Shown: positions 40,152-49,188 of the stretch, in pieces
Layout: every line of letters begins with the position of its first letter
Position numbering within the stretch: the first letter of the stretch is position 1
NCBI GenBank assembly: GCA_003332035.1
Contig: QOQI01000002.1
Coordinates: forward strand, 31,949-95,948
Reading direction: 5' to 3'
DNA length: 64,000 nucleotides
Origin: Paracoccaceae bacterium
Lineage (GTDB): Bacteria; Pseudomonadota; Alphaproteobacteria; Rhodobacterales; Rhodobacteraceae
Notes under the pieces: generated by a model
The model's database searches: none
The model's input: the letters and a program-made list of their open reading frames with translations, nothing else
Told to the model about the DNA's origin: nothing
Program-made: the position numbers and the translations under genes

Positions 40152-42614
40152 TTATTGCCCAAAGACTTGGTTTGGCAACCAGAGTACAATTTGTGGGAAG
40201 ATAAAAATTAGTATCAAACCAATAAGTTGAATTAGCATAAACTGCATCATTCCAAAATAAATATCTTTCAGATCCCAGTTTGGCACAACGCCTTTTAAAA
40301 AGTATGCAGACAAGGCTACTGGTGGCGATAACCAAGCCGTTTGAAGGTTTACAGCCACCAAAATTCCGAACCAAACCATAAGATCATATGGGTTCAAGCC
40401 ATGGATATCCAAGGAAGCTACAGTAGGCAAAAGTATTGGAACAACGATAAGTACAATCGGCACCCATTCTAAAGGCCAGCCAAGTAAAAATATCAATGCC
40501 ATTACCATAATTAAAATCAAGTAAGGAGATAAATCTAATTGAAGCATCATCTCCGTCATCATTTTAGGTGTTCCTAGAGATGAGAACTCTGCACCGAAGA
40601 AGTTTGATGCTGCCACGAGAAACATAATTAAAACTGTTATTTCCAAAGATTTGACCAGATTATCAAAAAACCCTGGAATTGTGAATTTTCCATATCCAAT
40701 CGATAGGAGAATTGCACCAAAGGCACCCATCGCCGCTGCCTCAGCAGGTGTAGCAAAACCAAGGAGTATTGAACCCAAAGCGAACGAGATTAAAATTGTG
40801 GGAGGCATTAAGCCTGCGAAGAATTCATCCCATAAATCTGAGAATTTAAACCGTTCTGCAGCATCTTTATGGTATATAGCCAAACTTAAAGCACCGAGGA
40901 AAACAGCAAATAAAAATAGGACCAGAGACACCCAGGGAATACTGTTACCCCATGAAGTTAAAAGATAATAAAAATGAAATAGAATTGCTAATGGTAGCGA
41001 TAATCTCAGAATATTTAAATTTCGATAAGCCCGGAGCGCAAGAAATACCGTTCCAAGTAAAACAAGTAAACCACTGAATGGAACAACGCTAGCAAAGGCT
41101 CCGCTGATACCCAACCCAAACACACGACAAATTGTGAGAACACCCAAAGAAATCAATGCAATTTCAGCTCCGTAATGGTCAGACGTTTTTGGTTGATCTT
41201 CTTCTGATAATATTGGGCCTAACTCAGGGTTAAGCCAGCAACGTCCAAGTGTATAAAGTAGATACAGCGAGGCTAGCAGCGCACCTGGAATAAATGCGCC
41301 ACGAAACAAATCTAATGTTGAAACTTCAAGTACTGGCCCCATGACAATTAACATAATTGATGGAGGTATAAGGATGCCTAAAGTACCACCGGCCGTTATA
41401 GTACCAGCAGCCATTCGAACATTATAACCAGATCGAGTCATAGTCGCGCCAGCCATAATTCCCAAAAGCGTTACAGATGCGCCAACAATACCCGTTGCAG
41501 CGGCAAAGATAGTGGAAACAATCAATACGGCAATATAAAGGGAGCCCCGAACGCGCGACATAATCATTTGAATAGACGCAAATAGACGCTCCATTAGCCC
41601 TGCTGCCTCCATAACAATTCCCATAAGTATAAATAATGGAACGGCCATTAATTGGTCATTCAACATGGTAGAATTTGTATTCAATGTCATAAGTAATGTT
41701 GTTAATTTGAAGTTAGACCCCCAAATACCAAAAACAAACGCAAGAAATATAAGTGTAAATGATATTGGAAATCCAATAAAAATTACAAAAATCATTGCCG
41801 CCAGCATGATCATACCAATAGTTGGCTTAGACAACCCCGGCCTTGTTGACATAACGTCAGTGAACCACTCTCCTCCTGGCGTTAAGTCTGGGAAAAAGAC
41901 GGCCATAACCAACCAAATAAGAGCTATCAAATATAATGGGAAAATCCTTACAAACTGTTTCTCTCGTTCCTTGCCCATTTTGTGGAATGCTCTAAACAAC
42001 TCTGGAAAACCTTGTAGCATAAGAAGCAAACCACCAACTGGCATAGCTAAGCGTGCAGGCCAGAGCACCGGCTGCCAAACACTATCAAATGCTGTTTCTC
42101 CAGTTAGGTAAGCTACCTGCCAATATTGTGCTGCAATGATAGTAAAAAAAGTCATCGATGGAATAAAAAATGCCATATAAAGAATAGCATCTACCGTTGC
42201 CTGAGTTTTATCACTCCAATTGCGGTAAAGAAAATCAGCTCTAATATGAACGCCACGCATTAGACCATATCCCGCAGCACCCATAAATAAAGCCCCTGCG
42301 ATCATTCGACTGATATCATAAGCAAAAAGTGTGGGCCCAAGGCCCAAAGAACGGGCTGTATCATCCCAGCCGTAGCTAGACATAATAGCAAAGGAATTTC
42401 TGGAAATAACCTCAAATACAACTACAGCTATTAAGGGAACCATGAGCAGACAAAGCGCCTTGCCAGCAAAATCATTCAATCGGTCAATAAAACCAGTAAT
42501 TGGCCTCTGCCATGACGTCATATCGGCCGGTGTTTCACCAGGTCTTTCTGTTCGCCGTTCGGCGATCAGCTCGTCCGCAATTTCTAAATCATCGGGCACC
42601 TGTTCTTCCGCCAT
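40152..42614 (-). CDS. TRAP transporter fused small+large permease (DctQ-DctM)
   Basis: N-terminal DctQ (HIRADF) followed by DctM (AVPLFILMG, GTLGILIPPS, ATPAEAAAMGA, WLSPPV). Confidence 0.9.
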   Translation of the reverse strand: MAEEQVPDDLEIADELIAERRTERPGETPADMTSWQRPITGFIDRLNDFAGKALCLLMVPLIAVVVFEVISRNSFAIMSSYGWDDTARSLGLGPTLFAYDISRMIAGALFMGAAGYGLMRGVHIRADFLYRNWSDKTQATVDAILYMAFFIPSMTFFTIIAAQYWQVAYLTGETAFDSVWQPVLWPARLAMPVGGLLLMLQGFPELFRAFHKMGKEREKQFVRIFPLYLIALIWLVMAVFFPDLTPGGEWFTDVMSTRPGLSKPTIGMIMLAAMIFVIFIGFPISFTLIFLAFVFGIWGSNFKLTTLLMTLNTNSTMLNDQLMAVPLFILMGIVMEAAGLMERLFASIQMIMSRVRGSLYIAVLIVSTIFAAATGIVGASVTLLGIMAGATMTRSGYNVRMAAGTITAGGTLGILIPPSIMLIVMGPVLEVSTLDLFRGAFIPGALLASLYLLYTLGRCWLNPELGPILSEEDQPKTSDHYGAEIALISLGVLTICRVFGLGISGAFASVVPFSGLLVLLGTVFLALRAYRNLNILRLSLPLAILFHFYYLLTSWGNSIPWVSLVLFLFAVFLGALSLAIYHKDAAERFKFSDLWDEFFAGLMPPTILISFALGSILLGFATPAEAAAMGAFGAILLSIGYGKFTIPGFFDNLVKSLEITVLIMFLVAASNFFGAEFSSLGTPKMMTEMMLQLDLSPYLILIMVMALIFLLGWPLEWVPIVLIVVPILLPTVASLDIHGLNPYDLMVWFGILVAVNLQTAWLSPPVALSAYFLKGVVPNWDLKDIYFGMMQFMLIQLIGLILIFIFPQIVLWLPNQVFGQ

Positions 42615-42701
42615 AACCAAATCTCCCCTATCATAGTCTCCCTTTTCGATTTGGGAGATTTTCTGAATAACAAAAGAGCTTTTAGCTCTTTTCTAATTAA
42701 G

Positions 42702-42729
42702 AAAAAATGTGGAGCCAATAGGCTCCACA
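42702..42729 (-). terminator. Intrinsic terminator-like hairpin after dctP
   Basis: TGTGGAGCC-AATA-GGCTCCACA, a 9-bp stem followed by a T6 tract on the minus strand. A second hairpin AAAAGAGCT/AGCTCTTTT lies at 42672-42692. Confidence 0.7.
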
Positions 42730-42742
42730 ATAGATCAAAATA

Positions 42743-43837
42743 CTACTTCAAAGTTGCCGCGTGAGCTCTTCCCAAACCAGCATTTGATGTTTGAGCACCA
42801 GCCCAGAAAGGAATAGCTATATCAGCAAAATCTTTTTGTGACTGCCAAACTTCAGCAAAAAATTCATTTTCTGCTGCAGCTTCTTCAAGAAGCTTCTTGG
42901 CTGCTGCCATATATTCTGTAAAATAGTCAGCAGGCGTATCCTCTAAAATAACACCATCATTCTCTACAAGTTCTTTAAGAGCCTTACCATTAGCTAAAAT
43001 TCTGTAAGATAGAGATTTTGAAAGTGACGCATTTGCTGCAACTTCCAATGCTTTCTTTTCCGTAGCAGACAAACTGTCATATACATCACCATTAACGTAT
43101 AAATCTGCATTAACAGTTACCTGGTGAAGACCCTGCAAGTAATAATGCTTCAGTACTTTTTGGAAGCCAAATACTTGGTCAGGTCTTGGACAGCACCATT
43201 CAGCAGCATCAATTGCACCTTTTTCAAGAGCAGGCAAAATATCACCGCCACCCATGGCAACAGCCGCAACACCAATTTCATTATATGCAGCGCCAACCAT
43301 GCCTGGAGGTGCACGGAAACGTAGCTTACGGAAATCATCCATGGACTCTATTTTGTTTGGGAACCAGCCTAATGCTTCTGGACCAACTGGCTGTAACATA
43401 AAACCTTTTACGTTAACACCCATCTCGTCCCAAAGCCGGTCATAAAGTTCTTTACCACCGCCATATTGAAACCACGATAGGAATGCGATGTTGTCAATAC
43501 CAACACCCGCACCGGCAATTGGTGCACCAAAAAGGTTAGCTGCAGGGTGCTTACCGCCCCAATAGTGTGTCCAAGCAAAACCAGCCTCAACAAGACCAGC
43601 ATCAACTGCGTCTAAAATATCACGCGGTCCAACAACAGCTCCTGCAGGCAAGATTTCGATTTTCAACGAACCACCTGTTAGCTCAGCGACGTCCTTTGCA
43701 AAGTCTTCTACCATGCGAACTTCGTCACCTGAAACAGGAAGCACAGACTGCAGACGAATGACGGTTTCTGACATTGCTGCAGAAGCCAAGAGAGCAAGGG
43801 ATGTAGCCCCTGCGGTTAAAAATTTAAAATTGAACAT
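42743..43837 (-). CDS. TRAP transporter substrate-binding protein (DctP, TakP-like)
   Basis: Signal peptide; LKIEILPAGAVV, LRFRAP and ALEKGAIDAAEW motifs; GGGAGG SD. Confidence 0.9.
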   Translation of the reverse strand: MFNFKFLTAGATSLALLASAAMSETVIRLQSVLPVSGDEVRMVEDFAKDVAELTGGSLKIEILPAGAVVGPRDILDAVDAGLVEAGFAWTHYWGGKHPAANLFGAPIAGAGVGIDNIAFLSWFQYGGGKELYDRLWDEMGVNVKGFMLQPVGPEALGWFPNKIESMDDFRKLRFRAPPGMVGAAYNEIGVAAVAMGGGDILPALEKGAIDAAEWCCPRPDQVFGFQKVLKHYYLQGLHQVTVNADLYVNGDVYDSLSATEKKALEVAANASLSKSLSYRILANGKALKELVENDGVILEDTPADYFTEYMAAAKKLLEEAAAENEFFAEVWQSQKDFADIAIPFWAGAQTSNAGLGRAHAATLK

Positions 43838-43957
43838 GAATCTCCTCCCATAGTTCATTGTCTCCTTGTTTAAAAAATAATAGCTAAGTCGGAGACTTTT
43901 CTTAGCTTATATTTAAAGATGCTTTTTGCATCCCTATTCTAATTAAGACATCAGCTG

Positions 43958-45553
43958 CTAAGCCTCCTTCAAAATTAAATCACTTGCTTTTTCACCAATC
44001 ATTATGGCTGGCGCATTTGTATTTCCACTTGTAATCTTCGGCATGATTGATGCATCAGCCACTCGTAAGCCTTCAACACCTCTTACCTTCAATGTGGGGG
44101 AAACCACCGACATTCCATCAGTTCCCATTTTGCATGTGCCGGTTGGATGATAAATCGTAACAGCAGTACTTCGAACCCAGTCCAACGTGCCCTCTTCATC
44201 ATCTAAAGGCACATCCAAGCCTGGTGCATATTCCTCTAAAACATGATCCTTTAATGGTTTATGGCTCGCTATCTTGCGAGCGATCTGAACGCCTTTAACA
44301 ATAGTTCTACAGTCCGTATCTGTTGCCAAATAGTTTGGATGAATAACTGGGTGATCTAAATAGTTTGGAGACTTTAAACTTAAATATCCTGTACTTTCTG
44401 GTCTCAACTGAAGAACAGACGCCGTGAACGCCGAAAAAGTGTGTGTACCTTTTGAAGGCATGTCTGCACTAAACGGTTGAATGTGAAATTGAATATCTGG
44501 AGTTTCCAGATGATCTTCTGTTTTAAGAAAACCTGTACCCAAGCTTGCAGCCATGGTCATAGGGCCACGCTGAGTTAGTATATACTGAAGCCCTATTAAA
44601 GCCTTTTTAACATAATTACTCGTTTCTGTGTTTATAGTAGATAGATCTGTCTTAAAGACAGGCCGCGCTTGGAGATGATCCTGCAAATTTTTTCCAACGC
44701 CCACTAAATCACTAACCACCTCTATTCCCAAATTTTTTAGATCTTCTCCTGGACCAATTCCAGACAGCATAAGAAGTTGTGGAGAACCTATTGCACCGGC
44801 ACAAATAATAATTTCTTTCTTGGCTGAAATTGTAGCCAACTTATTTTTTATATCGATGTCTACAGACGTTGCCCGCCCATCAACAATATTCACTTTTTTG
44901 GTTTGAGCGTTTGTAAGAATTTTTAAATTTTTTCTACTTTTAAAAGGCGTTATGTAAGCTGCAGATGACGAACATCTACGACCACCTTTCATCGTTAATT
45001 GAAAGTGGCCTACTCCTTCTTGTGAAGAGCCATTGTAGTCATAATTACGTTGATACCCTGCTGCAACAGCTGCATCGACCCAGTTGTCGACAATATCCCG
45101 CTTCAATCTAGACGATTGTACAGAAAGAGGACCCTCTTTACCCCTCAATCCAGTTTCATCAATACCGTCCCAATTTTCTGAACGCTTGAAATATGGTAAA
45201 ACTTCATCCCAAGACCAACCCATGCACCCAAGTTGAGACCAAATGTCAAAATCCTGCGGCTGCCCTCGAACGTAAAGAAGACCGTTAATTGAACTAGATC
45301 CACCCATAACCCGTCCTCTTGGCCAGGGAATGGATCTACCTGCAATTCCAGTGTCTGGTTGAGTTTCGTAACGCCAGTCAGATTTTGGATTTCCCATTGT
45401 ACTGAAATATCCAACGGGAACATGTATCCACGGATTATTATCTGGAGGGCCTGCCTCAACTAGAGCAACGCGATAGTTTCCACATTGCGATAGGCGGCTC
45501 GCAACTGCACAACCCGCAGATCCAGCGCCAACGACAACGTAATCAAACTCCAT
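43958..45553 (-). CDS. GMC flavin oxidoreductase, probable isethionate dehydrogenase (IseJ-like)
   Basis: GAGSAG, GGSSSING, YHPTGTC and GNTNAP motifs. The IseJ guess rests on the IclR-GMC-TRAP-TerC layout; the family call is more secure than the substrate. Confidence 0.6.
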   Translation of the reverse strand: MEFDYVVVGAGSAGCAVASRLSQCGNYRVALVEAGPPDNNPWIHVPVGYFSTMGNPKSDWRYETQPDTGIAGRSIPWPRGRVMGGSSSINGLLYVRGQPQDFDIWSQLGCMGWSWDEVLPYFKRSENWDGIDETGLRGKEGPLSVQSSRLKRDIVDNWVDAAVAAGYQRNYDYNGSSQEGVGHFQLTMKGGRRCSSSAAYITPFKSRKNLKILTNAQTKKVNIVDGRATSVDIDIKNKLATISAKKEIIICAGAIGSPQLLMLSGIGPGEDLKNLGIEVVSDLVGVGKNLQDHLQARPVFKTDLSTINTETSNYVKKALIGLQYILTQRGPMTMAASLGTGFLKTEDHLETPDIQFHIQPFSADMPSKGTHTFSAFTASVLQLRPESTGYLSLKSPNYLDHPVIHPNYLATDTDCRTIVKGVQIARKIASHKPLKDHVLEEYAPGLDVPLDDEEGTLDWVRSTAVTIYHPTGTCKMGTDGMSVVSPTLKVRGVEGLRVADASIMPKITSGNTNAPAIMIGEKASDLILKEA

Positions 45554-45658
45554 TAATCCACCCAGTATCAAAAAATGAGACTTTTTTTCTCGATTATTGA
45601 AATTTTATACGTTACAGTTAATTTTAAAGAACGCAATAGGTTTATTTTAGGAAGTAAA

Positions 45659-46426
45659 ATGACAGGCAAAGAAAGAATACCGACAAATTTAAGGACACTT
45701 CTAATTCTAGAGATACTGGGAAAACATAATCGAGCTATGACTGCCACTGAAATTAACGATTCTTTGCGATTGCCAAAACAAACAGTACATCGTTTGTGCA
45801 GTACTTTAGAAGAAAATGGTTTTCTAACGAGAGTTGGTCACACAAAACGTTATCAAGCGGCACGCCGATTACGAGACTTAGGTATGGGGTTATTATATAA
45901 CTCTCGGGATCACATCGCACGTCGTCAGATTCTACTAAATATTTCAAATAAAGTAAAAGAAACCGTCAACTTTGTAGTTCCAGAAGCTTCTGGAATGAAC
46001 TACATAGATCGCGTTGAAACCGACTGGGCATTCAGAATTCAACTTCCGATAGGAACCAACGTACCGTTTCATTGTACCGCTAGTGGAAAATGCTTTTTGG
46101 CCAGTCTAAGTCCTAAGAAAAGGTTGGCTATGATACAGGCAATGGACTTGAATGCGCATACTAAAAGAACTCATGTTAAACAGGAAACTTTACTGTCAGA
46201 ACTGAAACAAGTTTCAAAACAAGGCTATGCTTTAGATCAAGAAGAATTTATGGATGGTATGGTAGCAATAGCCGTACCGGTTAACGATAATCATGGACGA
46301 TTTGCTGCTGCACTTGCATTTCACGGACCCACACAAAGAATTTCAGTAGAAAATGCTTTGGCCCGAAAAGACATCTTAACAAAGGCAGCAAAACAACTTG
46401 CCGACAGCCTATTTAGTGAAGGTTGA
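45659..46426 (+). CDS. IclR family transcriptional regulator (IseR-like)
   Basis: HTH LPKQTVHRL; effector domain PFHCTASGK and GYALDQEE; divergent from the GMC gene. Confidence 0.88.
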   Translation: MTGKERIPTNLRTLLILEILGKHNRAMTATEINDSLRLPKQTVHRLCSTLEENGFLTRVGHTKRYQAARRLRDLGMGLLYNSRDHIARRQILLNISNKVKETVNFVVPEASGMNYIDRVETDWAFRIQLPIGTNVPFHCTASGKCFLASLSPKKRLAMIQAMDLNAHTKRTHVKQETLLSELKQVSKQGYALDQEEFMDGMVAIAVPVNDNHGRFAAALAFHGPTQRISVENALARKDILTKAAKQLADSLFSEG

Positions 46427-46434
46427 AAAATAAT

Positions 46435-47619
46435 CTAAATTCCACAATCAACAATCGCTTTTGCAAGAATCGAAACAGTGTTAGAATTTAGGCCTGCTAT
46501 ATTTAATCGACTATCACCTACCATATAAACGGCATGGTTTTCTCTTAACGCACTAACTTGTTGTGCAGAAGCCCCAAGTCGTGAGAACATACCACGATGA
46601 TCTGCCAAAAACCCAAATCGATTTGATCCAGATAAATTTTCTAATTCAGTTGCTAATTGGGTACGCAGTGAAAGCATCGACTGCCTAACCTCCTCAAGTT
46701 CTGCCATCCAATTACTTCTAAGATCTTCATCAGACAAAACCATTGTTACTAAACGAGCACCATGGTCTGGTGGAAAGGAAAAGTTTTGACGATTTAAAAA
46801 AGCGAGAGTCGACTGATTTATAATACGAGCGTCTTTGTTATGTGATACCACTGTTAATAGACCTGTTCTTTCACGATAAATACCGAAATTTTTAGAACAA
46901 CTAGCTGCTATTATTGTTTCTGGCACACCGCTCACGAGCTTTCTGACTCCAGCAGCGTCTTCTTCCAAACCATCGCCAAAACCCTGATAGGCAATATCTA
47001 TCATTGGCGTAGCCCCAGATTTGAGCAAAAGCTCAATTACTGCATCCCACTCAGGCGCCTTTAGATTTGCACCCGTTGGGTTGTGGCAACAGCCATGCAG
47101 CAAAATAATATCACCCTCTTTTGCTTTTGCCAAATCTGCCATCATTGCAGAAAAATCAACCGCTCGAGTTTTGGCATCAAAATATCGGTACGGTTCGACA
47201 GGAATTCCTAAATATTTTAGAATTGAAAGATGGTTTGGCCAAGTAGGATCCGAAACGAAAACCCTAAGGTTGGGATTTGCTAGTTTACCTAACTCAAAAG
47301 CTTGCCGCACCGCTCCAGTTCCACCCGGTGTTGCCGCAGAAGCTGTTAAGCTTTGGTCAAAATTTTCGCCCAAGATAAGATTAACCAAAGCTTCCGAAAA
47401 TTCAGGTGTTCCTGTTAAACCAACATATGACTTGGTTTCTTGGGTTTCCCACAATAAATGTTCAGCTTTTTTAATTGAGTGCATTATTGGAGTTTGCCCA
47501 GAGGCATCTTTGTAAACGCCAACACCAAGATCAATTTTATTTTCTCTAGGGTCTTCTTTATAGAGCTGTACAAGAGCTAGAATTTTATCTGCAGGTTGTT
47601 GTTGCAACGAATTAAACAT
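46435..47619 (-). CDS. tyrB: Aromatic amino acid/aspartate aminotransferase (class I)
   Basis: LGVGVYKD, HGCCHNPTG, DIAYQGFG and SCSKNFGIYRER motifs. Confidence 0.88.
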   Translation of the reverse strand: MFNSLQQQPADKILALVQLYKEDPRENKIDLGVGVYKDASGQTPIMHSIKKAEHLLWETQETKSYVGLTGTPEFSEALVNLILGENFDQSLTASAATPGGTGAVRQAFELGKLANPNLRVFVSDPTWPNHLSILKYLGIPVEPYRYFDAKTRAVDFSAMMADLAKAKEGDIILLHGCCHNPTGANLKAPEWDAVIELLLKSGATPMIDIAYQGFGDGLEEDAAGVRKLVSGVPETIIAASCSKNFGIYRERTGLLTVVSHNKDARIINQSTLAFLNRQNFSFPPDHGARLVTMVLSDEDLRSNWMAELEEVRQSMLSLRTQLATELENLSGSNRFGFLADHRGMFSRLGASAQQVSALRENHAVYMVGDSRLNIAGLNSNTVSILAKAIVDCGI

Positions 47620-48473
47620 TATTTATCCCCCGTTTCTACAGGTACAGTTGGATACATGCCCCACTCAGTCCAACTTCCATCGTAAAGCGCGTGGTCAGAT
47701 TTCCCAATGCGATCTAGAGCTAAATTTATGATTGCTGCCGTAACTCCTGAACCACAACTGGTTATCGCCGGCTTTTCTAAATTTACATTATTGGATTTAA
47801 AATGATTGATCAGCTCATTTGGAGATTTCAAAGTACCGTCATCATTTAGGAGATCACCATAGAAAACATTCTTCGAACTTGGTATATGGCCTGACCGAAG
47901 TCCTGGCCTGGGTTCGGGCTCGTCTCCTCTGAACCTTCCGGCAGATCTCGCATCAATAATTTCATAATTACCCAATTTTGAAGCGGCCGATACTTGGGTC
48001 ACATCTTTGACCATTTTGTCTTGGTATTTAACAAACATATGCCTATCTCTTATCAAAGACGGAATGTTGTCAACGGGTCGCCCCTCTCTTAACCATTTAG
48101 GAAATCCGCCATCAAGAACAGCTACATTTTGTTGACCCATTACATTAAACAGCCATCTAACACGAGCCGCTGAAAATAGCCCGTGCGAGTCATAAATTAT
48201 AATTTGGTGCCCATCCCCAACGCCAAGTTTTCTAACTTTGGACATGAATTTTTCAACTGGGGGTACCATATGGGGTAAATCGGAACGATGATCAGAAATA
48301 TCATCAATATCAAAGTATCTAGAATTTGGAATATGAGATTTATCAAACTCAGCTTTTGCATCTCTATCAATATTAGGAAGGTACCAAGTGGCATCCAAGA
48401 TACGAATTTCGGGATCAGATAATCGGCTAGAAAGCCAATCAGTTGAAACTAAAACCTTCGGATCATTTTCCAT
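47619..48473 (-). CDS. sseA: 3-mercaptopyruvate sulfurtransferase
   Basis: Tandem rhodanese domains; active loop CGSGVT; YDGSWTEW. Confidence 0.92.
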   Translation of the reverse strand: MENDPKVLVSTDWLSSRLSDPEIRILDATWYLPNIDRDAKAEFDKSHIPNSRYFDIDDISDHRSDLPHMVPPVEKFMSKVRKLGVGDGHQIIIYDSHGLFSAARVRWLFNVMGQQNVAVLDGGFPKWLREGRPVDNIPSLIRDRHMFVKYQDKMVKDVTQVSAASKLGNYEIIDARSAGRFRGDEPEPRPGLRSGHIPSSKNVFYGDLLNDDGTLKSPNELINHFKSNNVNLEKPAITSCGSGVTAAIINLALDRIGKSDHALYDGSWTEWGMYPTVPVETGDK

Positions 48474-48591
48474 TTAATTTTTCCAGTAACTTAAAATAGT
48501 TGACTACAATCTCGGGATGGTTTGGGCAAGCGTCAACATGGATTAAATTTCGCAAATAATATTTTAGTTCGTTTAATTAAGCTCATCTTTT

Positions 48592-49068
48592 CTAATCAGA
48601 TTGGCGAAGAAGCCTTTGTTTTTGCCTTCCCCAATCCCGCTTTGCCTCATCTGCACGCTTATCGTGAATTTTTTTACCCTTGGCGATACCAATTTTAAGT
48701 TTAACGCGTCCAGTATGATTAAAATACATAACCAATGGAACAAGCGTCATACCTTTTCGTTGCGTTTCATTCCAAAGCCTAGCTAACTCTTTTTTGTTCG
48801 CCAGTAACTTTCTCTTTCGACGCACCTGGTGGCCCCAGTTTTTTGCCTGTTCATAAGGTGCAACATATGAATTTACTAACCAAAGTTCGCCATTTTCGAT
48901 TTGAGCATAACTTTCTGCTATATTTGAACCACCAATTCGCAGTGATTTAACTTCAGATCCAAACAAAACAACACCACACTCAAGATCACTGTCTATGGCA
49001 TAGTCAAATCTGGCACGCCTGTTTTCTGCAATAACTTTATAATTTGGATCTGATTTAGCTTTGTTCAT
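48592..49068 (-). CDS. smpB: SsrA-binding protein
   Basis: [16 protein letters not shown] and KGKK.HDKR motifs. Confidence 0.97.
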   Translation of the reverse strand: MNKAKSDPNYKVIAENRRARFDYAIDSDLECGVVLFGSEVKSLRIGGSNIAESYAQIENGELWLVNSYVAPYEQAKNWGHQVRRKRKLLANKKELARLWNETQRKGMTLVPLVMYFNHTGRVKLKIGIAKGKKIHDKRADEAKRDWGRQKQRLLRQSD

Positions 49069-49188
49069 GAATTAGTCGCTTACACACACTAGTAATTATT
49101 GTCCACAAAACGATAAGTTTACACAAAAATTTAATCGACAGGATACTTAAATATTATTAAATTTAAATTTGAGTATAAGGGGGAAGAT

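Noticed and set aside
46435-48473. sseA and tyrB as part of the sulfonate system (sulfite detoxification, cysteate transamination)
   Set aside because: Chemically tempting, but smpB-sseA-tyrB is a core block convergent with IclR. Adjacency alone is insufficient.
48474-49188. tmRNA gene or integrated element next to smpB
   Set aside because: Both spacers are under 125 nt, with no tRNA-like structure, integrase or att repeats.
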